A stretch of 38,045 nt of DNA from a virus. Taxonomy: Duplodnaviria > Heunggongvirae > Uroviricota > Caudoviricetes. Positions within the stretch are counted from its first letter, which is position 1. Every line of letters begins with the position of its first letter. A model generated the notes under the pieces. It did no database searches, had not been told where the DNA came from, and worked only from the letters and a program-made list of their open reading frames with translations. Made by a program: the position numbers and the translations under genes. Below, in pieces: positions 1-10,192 of this stretch. Location of the stretch: the IMG/VR virus record IMGVR_UViG_2534681663_000013, positions 1 to 38,045 of that record; one strand, 5' to 3'.

Positions 1-599
1 CTGAACGCGGAGTGAATGTCGATCACTCCACGATTTACCGCTGGGTTCAGCGTTATGCGCCTGAAATGGAAAAACGGCTGCGCTGGTACTGGCGTAACCC
101 TTCCGATCTTTGCCCGTGGCACATGGATGAAACCTACGTGAAGGTCAATGGCCGCTGGGCGTATCTGTACCGGGCCGTCGACAGCCGGGGCCGCACTGTC
201 GATTTTTATCTCTCCTCCCGTCGTAACAGCAAAGCTGCATACCGGTTTCTGGGTAAAATCCTCAACAACGTGAAGAAGTGGCAGATCCCGCGATTCATCA
301 ACACGGATAAAGCGCCCGCCTATGGTCGCGCGCTTGCTCTGCTCAAACGCGAAGGCCGGTGCCCGTCTGACGTTGAACACCGACAGATTAAGTACCGGAA
401 CAACGTGATTGAATGCGATCATGGCAAACTGAAACGGATAATCGGCGCCACGCTGGGATTTAAATCCATGAAGACGGCTTACGCCACCATCAAAGGTATT
501 GAGGTGATGCGTGCACTACGCAAAGGCCAGGCCTCAGCATTTTATTATGGTGATCCCCTGGGCGAAATGCGCCTGGTAAGCAGAGTTTTTGAAATGTAA
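1..599 (+). CDS. tnpA: IS26 transposase Tnp26, 5'-partial (N-terminal ~39 aa outside window)
   Basis: Reading frame is open from position 3 in the frame of the 12-599 ORF. The protein matches the IS6-family DDE transposase. Confidence 0.9.
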   Translation, partial: ERGVNVDHSTIYRWVQRYAPEMEKRLRWYWRNPSDLCPWHMDETYVKVNGRWAYLYRAVDSRGRTVDFYLSSRRNSKAAYRFLGKILNNVKKWQIPRFINTDKAPAYGRALALLKREGRCPSDVEHRQIKYRNNVIECDHGKLKRIIGATLGFKSMKTAYATIKGIEVMRALRKGQASAFYYGDPLGEMRLVSRVFEM

Positions 600-651
600 G
601 GCCTTTGAATAAGACAAAAGGCTGCCTCATCGCTAACTTTGCAACAGTGCC
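1..651 (+). mobile_element. IS26 (IS6 family), partial; element continues upstream of the window
   Basis: Translation of 12-599 matches the C-terminal ~195 aa of Tnp26 as recalled (DHSTIYRWVQRYAPEMEKRLRWYW...GEMRLVSRVFEM). The reverse complement of the IS26 terminal IR GGCACTGTTGCAAA lies at 638-651. Confidence 0.9.
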
Positions 652-3413
652 TTGTATCCAGGGTTGCTTCCCGACTGAAACTTCAGCCTGATTTATGGCC
701 GGAATATGCATCCAGAGAGCAAACCCGCTGGGAACATCTGACCGAACTTTATCGCTACCTGGAACTATCCCCGTTCAGCCGGTCAATGCAAAAAGACTGT
801 ATCCGTCATCTGCACCCCTATGCCATGCGAACTGACAAAGGATTTATGCTGGCGGAAGAAATGCTCAGCTGGCTACATAACAATAATGTTATTTTCCCTT
901 CTGTTGAAGTGATCGAACGGACGCTTGCCGAAGTCGTCACGCTCGCTAACAGATCGGTATTTTCGACACTTACCGTGCAACTGGAAAAGCAGCATAAATC
1001 AGCACTCGACAGCCTGCTCATATCAGAGGGTGAACAACCTTCCCGTCTGGCATGGCTGCTACAGCCTCCGGGTAAAATAAACGGTAAAAATGTGCTGCAA
1101 CATATCGACCGGCTTAATTCCATCGCTGCGCTGGGGTTGCCTGATGGTATTGCACTTTCCGTTCACCAGAACAGGTTGCTTAAACTGGCGCGTGAGGGCC
1201 GGAAAATGAGCAGCAGAGATCTGGCTAAATTCACCGATGTCAGACGTTACGCTACGCTGGTTTGTGTCATTCAGGAAGCGCGGGCCACACTGACTGATGA
1301 GGTTATCGAACTGCACGAACGTATTCTGGGCACTCTGTTCAGCCAGGCAAAACGCACACAAGCCGAGAGGCTTCAGCTGACGGGGAAACTCATCCAGAGC
1401 AAGTTGAAGCAATATTTTACTGTCGGTCAGGCACTACTGCATGCCAGAGAATCCGGTGAAGATCCCTGGGCAGCGATAGAAGATGTCCTTCCCTGGCAGG
1501 AGTTCATCAACAGCCTGGAAGAAACACGGTTTCTGTCCCGTAAGGGCAATTTCGACCCGCTTCACCTGATCACCGAAAAATACAGTACGCTGCGTAAATA
1601 CGCCCCGCGTATGCTGTCAGCATTGCAGTTCATGGCGACACCTGCGGCGCAGACGCTCAGCGATGCGCTGGACACCATCAGGGAAATGTACCGTAAACAA
1701 CTTCGTAAAGTGCCGCTATCGGCGCCAACAGGATTTATCCCTGAAAGCTGGCGAAAACTGGTACTCACGCCTTCAGGAATCGACCGCAAGTACTACGAGT
1801 TTTGCGTAATGAATGAACTCAAGGGGGCGCTACGTTCCGGTGATATCTGGGTAAAAGGATCGCGCCGCTACAGAAATTTTGATGATTATCTCATCCCGAC
1901 TGCTGAGTTTGAGAAATCCCGCCACAATGACCAGTTACAGTTGGCCGTTCAGACCGATTGCCAGGCATATCTTCAGGCCCGTATGACGCTTCTTGCATCG
2001 CGTCTGGAAGAAGTTAACGCGATGGCGCTTGCCGGTGATTTGCCCGATGTTGATATTTCAGATAAAGGAGTAAAAATCACTCCGCTGGAGAACAGCGTCC
2101 CTTCGGGTGTTTCGCCCTTTGCCGATTTGGTTTATGGCATGCTTCCTCATCCGAAAATTACAGAGATACTGGAAGAAGTGGACAGCTGGACGGGGTTTAC
2201 GCGTCACTTCGCGCACCTCAAAAATAATAACGTCAGACCAAAAGACGGAAGACTGTTGCTGACCACCATTCTGGCCGACGGCATCAATCTGGGGCTGACA
2301 AAAATGGCGGAGTCCTGCCCGGGGGCAACAAAATCGTCACTCGAAGGTATTCAGGCATGGTACATCAGAGATGAAACTTATTCAGCGGCACTGGCCTAGC
2401 TGGTCAACGCTCAGAAAGCGCGGCCTCTGGCCGCATTCTGGGGCGACGGGACAACATCATCGTCAGACGGGCAGAACTTTCGGGTAGGCAGTCACGGACG
2501 TTATGCCGGTCAGGTCAATCTTAAATATGGTCAGGAGCCGGGCGTGCAGATTTATACGCATATCTCAGACCAATACAGCCCGTTCTATGCCAAAGTGATC
2601 AGCCGGGTGCGCGACTCAACCCACGTGCTTGATGGCCTGCTGTACCATGAAAGCGATCTGGAAATTACCGAGCATTACACCGATACCGCAGGCTTCACTG
2701 AACATGTTTTCGCCCTGATGCACCTGCTGGGATTCGCTTTTGCGCCGAGGATCCGGGATCTTCATGACAAGCGGCTGTTTATTCATGGAAAGGCCGAACG
2801 CTATCCGGGGCTTCAGTCCGTCATATCAACAACCAGCCTGAATATCAAAGACATTGAGGCACACTGGGATGAGGTATTGCGCCTGGCAACCTCGATTAAG
2901 CAGGGGACAGTCACCGCATCGCTGATGATGAAAAAGTTAGCCAGTTACCCAAAACAGAATGGACTTGCCAAAGCGCTGAGAGAGATTGGCCGCATTGAGC
3001 GGACACTATTTATGCTGGACTGGTTCCGTGATCCCGGTCTGCGCCGACGCGTACAGGCGGGGCTGAATAAGGGGGAGGCCCGTAATGCCCTTGCGCGAGC
3101 GGTCTTTATGCACCGTCTGGGTGAAATAAGGGATCGTGGGCTGGAGAATCAGAGTTACCGCGCCAGCGGGCTGACGTTACTGACAGCGGCGATCACGTTG
3201 TGGAACACGGTATATATAGAAAGAGCTATTGAGTCACTAAAACGAAAAGGTATCCCGATAAATGAGCAACTGGTATCTCATCTTTCTCCCCTGGGCTGGG
3301 AACATATCAATCTGAGTGGAGATTACGTCTGGCGTAATAATCTTAAGCTGGGATCCGGAAAATACCGCTCATTACGCACAGTCGACACCACATTGTACAA
3401 AAAACAGTCTTAG
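652..3413 (+). pseudogene. tnpA: Tn3-family transposase TnpA, 5'-truncated by IS26 and interrupted by an in-frame TAG at 2397-2399
   Basis: ORFs 639-2399 and 2544-3413 are in the same frame with no other stop between them. The joined translation is collinear with Tn3-type TnpA (C-terminal signature ...[23 protein letters not shown]...). The N-terminus is missing because the IS26 IR ends at 651. Confidence 0.85.
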
Positions 3414-3446
3414 CGTGGGATAATTTCCGTTTTCCAAGCGGACCCC
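3409..3446. repeat. 38-bp Tn3-family terminal inverted repeat (reads GGGGTCCGCTTGGAAAACGGAAATTATCCCACGCTAAG inward)
   Basis: GGGG...ACGCTAAG architecture with an internal AAAACGGAAA core typical of Tn3/Tn21-family IRs, overlapping the tnpA stop. Confidence 0.8.
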
Positions 3447-3683
3447 AAAAAGATCATGCTGGTTATGAGTGATGGGGAGCCATGTGCTACAGGTAGTGGA
3501 TTCCATCAGCATTTACGAACCGTCACCAAAGAAATTGAGACCTTGAGCGACATCGAACTGATGGCTATCGGCATTCTGACCGACGAACCACGGCGTTACT
3601 ACAAAAATTACGCACTGGTTAACAGTGTAGAAGAGTTAGGGCCGTCAGTCGTCACTGAGTTATCTCGTATCATTCTTAGGTAA
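3447..3683 (+). pseudogene. C-terminal remnant of a CobT-like vWA-domain protein, 5' part removed by the transposon insertion
   Basis: Frame is open from the first base after the IR. The LVMSDGEP motif is typical of the vWA/CobT C-terminal region, and the remnant sits immediately upstream of a cobS-like gene. Family assignment is weak. Confidence 0.4.
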
Positions 3684-3778
3684 TATCTTTACCCTTAAAA
3701 ATAAGTAACCACTTACTATATAGCCTAATATATCTATATAAGATATACCCCACAAACGACAAACAGTAAGGAAAACAC

Positions 3779-5014
3779 ATGACCGCTACTGCACTACAGC
3801 AAGAAAAACATTTGCCGGAAGCCATCGTCTGCAAGTGGTGTGGCAAATCCTTTCATTACCTGAAATCCCATATCTCAATGGGCCGTTGTGAGAGCATTCC
3901 TGAGTCCGCGAAAGGTCTGGACGTGGACGAAGTGGTGAAAATGTACACATCTTCGTTTCCGGATGAACCAACGATCTCTCGCACGGCACTGGCCAAACTC
4001 AACGAGAAGCGTGCCGAAAAACATTCATGCGAAGGAAAGGTAGCGGAGATTAGCGCACATCCAGGCTACGCAGGAACAGTCGAATACAAAACCGAACTGG
4101 TGGCTGCGCACGAACTGCTTGGCCTAACGATCAAAGAGCTGGGTACACCACGCGGAAAACCACTACAGGTGACAGTCAACGTCAACACGCCCTATCCGGA
4201 GTTCGTACCTGAAGCGAAGAAAAACTATGTGTATGGCGACTTCGACCTGATCAAGGACATCTTTATGATGCTGGAAATCGGAATCCCGGGTTATCTCTGG
4301 GGCCATGCAGGAACCGGTAAATCTTCTCTTCCTACGCAGCTATGTGCCCTGCTAAATCGACCACTGATCCGCGCCCAGCATACGGCGTCTATGGAGGAAG
4401 CGCACGTTACAGGCCAGATCCTCGCTCGCGATGGTTCCACCTATTTCGAACCGGGTTTACTAGCGCTGGCGATGAAAAATGGTTGGGTTTACCTCGCTGA
4501 TGAATATGACTTCGCGTTCCCGCAGATTCTGGGTGTGTATCAGCCAGTTCTTGAAGGAGAGCCGCTGATCATCAAAGAGGCAACTGCGGACTGGCGCCGC
4601 ATCACCCCGCATAAACGCTTTGCCTTCATTGGCACTGGCAACACTAACGGCTCTGGCGACGAAACAGGTCTCTATCAAGGCACAAACATCCAGAACGCAG
4701 CGAACTTCTCGCGTTTTGGCATTGTTTCAAACGTGAAGTACATGAGTACGAAGGCAGAAGTCAACATGCTGGCTGAAGCAGGCGTCATCCGCGAATACGC
4801 CGAGAAGATGGTGAAGTTCGCGAATCTTATCCGTGAAGGTTATGAAAAGCATCAGATTAGCCAGCCAATCGGGCCTCGTGAGCTTCTGCTGTCCGCCAAA
4901 ATCGGAATGATGCGCGGTGATTTCTCTGCCGGCATCGAAAAGTCGTTTATCAATAAACTTCCATCCACGTCTGCACAGGCAGCGCGTGAAGTGGTTCAGA
5001 AGATCTTTGGTTAA
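3779..5014 (+). CDS. CobS-like / MoxR-type AAA+ ATPase
   Basis: Walker A GHAGTGKSS and Walker B-like VYLADEYDFA motifs. RBS AAGGAAAACAC precedes the ATG. Confidence 0.7.
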   Translation: MTATALQQEKHLPEAIVCKWCGKSFHYLKSHISMGRCESIPESAKGLDVDEVVKMYTSSFPDEPTISRTALAKLNEKRAEKHSCEGKVAEISAHPGYAGTVEYKTELVAAHELLGLTIKELGTPRGKPLQVTVNVNTPYPEFVPEAKKNYVYGDFDLIKDIFMMLEIGIPGYLWGHAGTGKSSLPTQLCALLNRPLIRAQHTASMEEAHVTGQILARDGSTYFEPGLLALAMKNGWVYLADEYDFAFPQILGVYQPVLEGEPLIIKEATADWRRITPHKRFAFIGTGNTNGSGDETGLYQGTNIQNAANFSRFGIVSNVKYMSTKAEVNMLAEAGVIREYAEKMVKFANLIREGYEKHQISQPIGPRELLLSAKIGMMRGDFSAGIEKSFINKLPSTSAQAAREVVQKIFG

Positions 5015-5194
5015 TCGTGCGTAAAGGATGTTTCGGCTCTCTTATCGCAGCGTCTGAAACTGGCAGTGCTTGTTTGGCATGTCCGGATAGACCCGAGTGC
5101 CACCAGTCAGCCAAAGAGGTTGCGATTTCGATGTATGGGAAGTTCGTTGGCTTCCCCAATGACAAAATCAAGAAAACCAGAAAGGTAAAAACAC

Positions 5195-8100
5195 ATGAAG
5201 GCTCTGATGGTCAGAACTGACTTCTCCCTGGGAGAGTCGGCTCTAAAAGCAGAAAACGCGGTGAAAATCGCGAGAGACGCTGGCTACACCGCTGTCATTT
5301 CCGCTGACAGCATGAACATTGCCAGTGTGATCCCCCTGCAGCGTGCCGCTGGCGACGACATGGCGGGTATTTGTGGTGTTAAGCTGAATGTGGTCGACGA
5401 TCCGACATACGAGCACCGCGCCCGCCTTGCGAAAGAGTCAGGAGGATGTATGGAATCATTGGTGCGTGATCGAAGCTACTGCTTCACGGCACTGATAAAG
5501 AATGAGCAAGGTTATCGCGACGTGTGCGAACTGATGACCTTAGCCAACAAGCGCGAGCAATTCTACTTTGTTCCGCGTCTGGCACTTGACCAGCTGGCGG
5601 CCGCATATGCCAAAGGCAACATCATCCTGCTGACGTCCGACATTGGCAGTGTATTCCAGCGCCGGGACTTCGCAAAAATTATCGGGACGCTGGTCACAGC
5701 TGGCGGTCGCGATAACTTCTACAGCGTGGTTTATCCGCACCCTACCCCATTCTACGACCAGATTAACGTCCGGGCGATGAAAGTGGCGAGCGCACTGAAA
5801 ATAGAGCCAGTGGCGTTCTATCCCGCTTATTACGAAGCGATCGACGACGCTGACATTAAAGACATTGCGCACATGGTTACGAACAACATCAAAATCGACC
5901 AGCCGCATCGTCTGCGCATCCCCCACCAGCGAGATAACGCTGTTAATGGTCGTCGCCATCTCCTTGAAGCGCTGAAAGCCTTCTCCGTTCGCATGGGCGT
6001 ACCGGTAACAGCTGCAATGGCCTCAACAACGCAGGACACCATTATTGAAGCCTGCACATGGCGCTGGCATGAACTGCCACCAGCACTGCCCAAGATGGCA
6101 GACGACGAGCCTGCAACGCTGATGAAGCTGGCTGTCGCGGGGCTACGCAAGCGTCTAACTACTAAAGAGTTTGGCTACACACCACCGGCTTCTGAGCACC
6201 GAGTGTATGTTGAGCGACTGAAGTACGAAATGGACACACTGACCCGTCTGGGCTTCTGTGGCTACTTCCTGATGGTACGCGATCTGATGAATCACAGCCG
6301 TGAAACAGGAATACCGGTTGGGCCAGGGCGTGGTTCGTCAGCGGGTTCTCTGGTAGCGTGGTGCATAGGCATAACCAACGTCGATCCTATCCGTCACGGT
6401 CTTCTGTTTGAGCGTTTCATCAACCCTGAACGTCTTGACTTACCGGATGCGGATCTGGACTTCAGCCAGGCACGTCGTCATGAGGTGATCGAGTATCTGA
6501 ATGAACGCTATGGCGAAGATTACGTTGCCGGTATTCCAAACTTCACCTATCTGGGCGCCGCTTCTGCGCTGCGAGACACTGCGCGTATTTACGGTGTCGA
6601 CGCTGCGGATATGGCGGTATCCAAAGAGTTCAAGAATCTGGAAGACGATAGCCTGTCTCTGGAAGAGCTGCGCGAGCAACTGGCCAGCCTGGACAAATAC
6701 GCCACGAAAAACCCGGAAGCGTTCAAAGCGGCGTGTAAGCTGCAAAGCCTAATGCGTGGTTTTGGTCGTCACGCTGCGGGGATGATCGTCGCTGGCGTTC
6801 CATTGATAGAGCGCACGCCCGTCGAGCTGCGTGGCAACGCTCGCTGTATTGCGTTCGATAAACGTTACTGCGAGGCGATGGGGCTGATTAAGCTGGACGT
6901 TCTCGGTCTGGCAACGCTCGATCTGCTGGATAGCGCGAAACGCTACATCAAAGAGAGTACCGGGGAAGACATCAATCTCGATGCTATTCCACTGGACGAT
7001 CGTAAGGTTCTGGATGGGTTCGCTGCAGGGTACACGCAGGGCGTATTCCAGCTGGAGTCCGGCCCCATGCGCAAGCTGCTTAAAGATCTGGGCGGTGGCA
7101 TTGAGCCAATGAGCTTCAAAACCGTTGTCGCCACGACCGCACTCTTCCGACCTGGCCCGATTCAATCAGGCATGTTGGACGACTATGTCTCCGTGGCCAA
7201 AGGCTTCATGGCTCCACATTCAATTCATCCGCGTCTTGAGGAAGTCACCCGGGAGACTAATGGTGTTTTGCTCTATCAGGAACAAATCATGCAAAGTTCC
7301 CGAGTACTTGCCGGGTTCTCTATGGCCGAAGCAGACGCTCTGCGTTCCGCTATCGGTAAAAAGAACATGGATAAGATGAAAGCGATCGGCAGCGATTTTG
7401 TAGAACGAGCACAAGCAGGCTGTGTGACACTGTCACTCAAAAATAGAGGTACTGTAGAGGTTCACAAACACGCAAAACTGGATTGCTCAGACGGTAAGCG
7501 TAGAAGCTACAGCGAGGCTATTAGTGACGGCATAGACTACGTGGAGATCGTCTCTGAACAAGAAGGTCTCAGTAAGGAAAAAGCCCAAGAAATATGGGAC
7601 GCCTTTGAGAAGTTCGGTGGATATGCCTTCAACAAATCACACAGTGTTGCTTATTCTTTAATCAGCTATCAGTCTATGTGGTTAAAGACACATTACCCTG
7701 CTGAGTTCTTCGCTGCTGCGCTCACCATTCTGGGCGAGGATAAGCACCAGGGGCTGGGTAAGGATGCGCTGACCTATGGCATTCGCGTATTGCCACCAGA
7801 CGTTAACGTGTCATCTAACCGAATTGAGATCCGCACGCTGGAAGACGGCAGTCAGGTTCTGTATGCACCATTCTCTGCTGTGAAAGGCTGCTCTGAGAAT
7901 GGTTGTCAGGCCATCATGAGAGCGCGTGAGAAAGTTGGCGGCAAATTCGAGTCACTTGAGCAATTTGAGGAAGCGGTCGAGAAGCGTGCATGTAACAGCC
8001 GGGTACGCGAATCACTGCAAAAAGTAGGTGCGTTCGCATCGATTGAGTCTGGCAGTCTGCCAGCGACAGATCCGGAACGACTGCGCGACCAGGCAGAGTT

Positions 8101-8701
8101 GATGGGCAATCTGGTGATCGACGCTGTAAAAGCCTCTCGACCGTTCGAGATGAACCCTAAGCGCTCTGCCGAGGTGAATGTACTGATGACTCGCATGGCG
8201 GCCGAAATGGGTCTGGGAGACGACCTGATCCGCCCAAGCATTGGCATTAAGCCGAAAATCATGGTCATTCTGGACAACGCGAACGGCAATGATGGGCGTA
8301 CCGGCTACTTCATGGAGAACGGCTACGACGACTTTAAGGCGAAGTTGCTTACTGCAGGCGATCTGCGCATGGGCGATCTCTACGTCACAGGCGTGTGCAA
8401 AAAGGGGAAGGACAAAGAGAAGGACTACACCAAAGACGAGATCGGTCAGTTCACCGACTTTATGCGTGAAGAGATCAATCTGGTGCGTCCGACCTATGTA
8501 CTGACGTGTGGCAGCCGGGCGACGTCGCTCTTCAACAACAAGAGCAAACCATCCGACCTGGTTGGACGCAAAGAGTATCTGCCGGAGCTGGATGCGACCG
8601 TTTTCTACGGATTTAACCCGAATATCCTTTACTTCCGACCGGAAGAAGGAGAGCGACTGGAGGCCATTCTGACTGATATTGCGGAGACGATAAATAAGTA
8701 A
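5195..8701 (+). CDS. dnaE: DNA polymerase III alpha subunit (DnaE-type, C-family polymerase) with C-terminal UDG-like domain
   Basis: 1168 aa with C-family polymerase signatures (GYFLMVRDLMNHSRETGIPVGPGRGSSAGSLVAWCIGITNVDP, LDLPDADLDF, FNKSHSVAYS...HYPAEF). The last ~150 aa resemble a family-4 UDG fold. Confidence 0.9.
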   Translation: MKALMVRTDFSLGESALKAENAVKIARDAGYTAVISADSMNIASVIPLQRAAGDDMAGICGVKLNVVDDPTYEHRARLAKESGGCMESLVRDRSYCFTALIKNEQGYRDVCELMTLANKREQFYFVPRLALDQLAAAYAKGNIILLTSDIGSVFQRRDFAKIIGTLVTAGGRDNFYSVVYPHPTPFYDQINVRAMKVASALKIEPVAFYPAYYEAIDDADIKDIAHMVTNNIKIDQPHRLRIPHQRDNAVNGRRHLLEALKAFSVRMGVPVTAAMASTTQDTIIEACTWRWHELPPALPKMADDEPATLMKLAVAGLRKRLTTKEFGYTPPASEHRVYVERLKYEMDTLTRLGFCGYFLMVRDLMNHSRETGIPVGPGRGSSAGSLVAWCIGITNVDPIRHGLLFERFINPERLDLPDADLDFSQARRHEVIEYLNERYGEDYVAGIPNFTYLGAASALRDTARIYGVDAADMAVSKEFKNLEDDSLSLEELREQLASLDKYATKNPEAFKAACKLQSLMRGFGRHAAGMIVAGVPLIERTPVELRGNARCIAFDKRYCEAMGLIKLDVLGLATLDLLDSAKRYIKESTGEDINLDAIPLDDRKVLDGFAAGYTQGVFQLESGPMRKLLKDLGGGIEPMSFKTVVATTALFRPGPIQSGMLDDYVSVAKGFMAPHSIHPRLEEVTRETNGVLLYQEQIMQSSRVLAGFSMAEADALRSAIGKKNMDKMKAIGSDFVERAQAGCVTLSLKNRGTVEVHKHAKLDCSDGKRRSYSEAISDGIDYVEIVSEQEGLSKEKAQEIWDAFEKFGGYAFNKSHSVAYSLISYQSMWLKTHYPAEFFAAALTILGEDKHQGLGKDALTYGIRVLPPDVNVSSNRIEIRTLEDGSQVLYAPFSAVKGCSENGCQAIMRAREKVGGKFESLEQFEEAVEKRACNSRVRESLQKVGAFASIESGSLPATDPERLRDQAELMGNLVIDAVKASRPFEMNPKRSAEVNVLMTRMAAEMGLGDDLIRPSIGIKPKIMVILDNANGNDGRTGYFMENGYDDFKAKLLTAGDLRMGDLYVTGVCKKGKDKEKDYTKDEIGQFTDFMREEINLVRPTYVLTCGSRATSLFNNKSKPSDLVGRKEYLPELDATVFYGFNPNILYFRPEEGERLEAILTDIAETINK

Positions 8702-8706
8702 TAAAG

Positions 8707-8731
8707 AAAAACCCGCCATTTGGCGGGTTTT
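8707..8731. terminator. Rho-independent terminator (bidirectional hairpin AAAACCCGCCA-TTT-GGCGGGTTTT)
   Basis: Perfect GC-rich stem flanked by A and T runs, between convergent genes dnaE and 8730-9290. Confidence 0.75.
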
Positions 8732-9290
8732 ATGCGCAAATTTTTTCGCAGTCTTGCGAGTGACTGAGTGAGCGAGTAACTCTCTCCACCTCATGAATGT
8801 CGCCCAACGATCTTATACGCAGGGCAAGATTCCACGTACTCAATGTGCGCGCGTTACGCACCAGTTCTTCCCGTGCTTTTTCGTCTTTGCTGTCAAGACG
8901 ACCGCAGTCGTTCAACCATTTAGCGACTTCCGCCCAGTCCCAGAGTGGAGACTGACCGCTGATACGCTGAACAGGGCAAGGAAAATCACCTTTGCCACGT
9001 AATCCGTCTTTAAGCAGAGTAATAGCCTGGCGCGTTAAGCCAGAGAGTTGAGCAATATCGCTCAAGCCTACCAGTGCTGAATCTACCGATTCCACCACTG
9101 CGCCAATGCCTGCTGTTTCAATATCAAGGATTGCCGATTCGATTGCTTCATCTAAAGATTTAGCTTCTCGATCAAATTCTACATACACTGAGTTTCCGTA
9201 GTAGCAAATGAGCGCATCATCGCAACCGTGGCTATACAGAGCATCTGCGACTACGCAGTACTGACTACAGGTTATCAGAATTATCCCCAT
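8730..9290 (-). CDS. Hypothetical protein with predicted HTH segment (LSDIAQLSGLTRQAITLL)
   Basis: 186-aa ORF convergent with dnaE. No confident family assignment. Confidence 0.45.
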   Translation of the reverse strand: MGIILITCSQYCVVADALYSHGCDDALICYYGNSVYVEFDREAKSLDEAIESAILDIETAGIGAVVESVDSALVGLSDIAQLSGLTRQAITLLKDGLRGKGDFPCPVQRISGQSPLWDWAEVAKWLNDCGRLDSKDEKAREELVRNARTLSTWNLALRIRSLGDIHEVERVTRSLSHSQDCEKICA

Positions 9291-9357
9291 TTACATCAGC
9301 TTACCTACGTCAGCCCTCAAGTTCTTCAGCAAGCCAGCTCCACCGCCTGATTCCAAC

Positions 9358-9831
9358 ATGATAAAATTGATATACGAAAATAAGTATACAGATAACATTA
9401 TGAGCACCGATATCTACGAAAAAATCATGTCCGATCTGGAGTTCGACCGCGACAATCTGGAGGAAGTCTGGCGTCAGCAACCGCGTCTGTTGATGGAGTA
9501 TGGCTCTAAGCTGGCACGGGCAGAACGTGAGGTTGCAGATGCAAAACTCTCTCTCGACGCGATCGAGGCAAAAATCTATGACAACGAGCGTAAGAGATTG
9601 AGTATGAATGGAATTAAGTTTAATGAATCCGTACTGGAAGCGAAGGTTAGAACCAACCCGCAATACCTCGCAAAGCGCCAGAAACTCGACGATGCTCGAC
9701 ACATTGCAGACCTGTACAAGCACGCTGTAGCCGCCTTCTCCCACCGCCGCGATATGATTGTCCAGGCGTCGAAGATGGCTATCGTAGAGATAGAGCGTCT
9801 GGGGGCCGAACGATTCCATTTACCCCGTTAA
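9358..9831 (+). CDS. Hypothetical protein (start may be the ATG at 9400)
   Basis: Long ORF with charged coiled-coil-like composition. Start codon uncertain. Confidence 0.5.
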   Translation: MIKLIYENKYTDNIMSTDIYEKIMSDLEFDRDNLEEVWRQQPRLLMEYGSKLARAEREVADAKLSLDAIEAKIYDNERKRLSMNGIKFNESVLEAKVRTNPQYLAKRQKLDDARHIADLYKHAVAAFSHRRDMIVQASKMAIVEIERLGAERFHLPR

Positions 9832-9950
9832 TTTATGCTAGATAGTAAGTAAGTACTGATCTATCATTCTTCTCGCTCGAAAGAGCCACGAACAAACGAA
9901 CGCCCAATGCGCATAGCGCCAATGGCCACAATCACAACAAGGAGAAATAC

Positions 9951-10190
9951 ATGTCTAAGTCATTACTTGATCTGCTTAACAAGACCCGTGGCGATATTGC
10001 TTCCAAACGTGGCAATAACATTGATTTGACCCGTCTGAAAGATGGCAATAACTATCTGCGCATTTTTCCGAACAAGGACGAGCAGGTCGTGAAGATCATC
10101 GCTCGCGTCGCCAAACACCTGAACCACGACGCAATCAAGTTTGACGAAGCCGCTGCTTCGAAGCGAATCAACGAATCAAAAGGAGCCTAA
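9951..10190 (+). CDS. Hypothetical 79-aa protein immediately upstream of recA
   Basis: Good RBS (AAGGAGAAATAC-ATG). Its 3' end carries the recA RBS. Confidence 0.55.
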   Translation: MSKSLLDLLNKTRGDIASKRGNNIDLTRLKDGNNYLRIFPNKDEQVVKIIARVAKHLNHDAIKFDEAAASKRINESKGA

Positions 10191-10192
10191 TC

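Noticed and set aside
5017-5220. 67-aa Cys-rich ORF between cobS and dnaE
   Set aside because: It needs a GTG start with no RBS and overlaps the dnaE start. It is kept only as a possibility.
5540-7414. Several 60-140-aa ORFs on both strands inside dnaE
   Set aside because: All are nested within or antisense to the long DnaE reading frame and none has a recognisable motif.
8012-8794. 260-aa minus-strand ORF
   Set aside because: It lies antisense to the 3' end of dnaE and extends through the terminator, which fits an antisense artefact.
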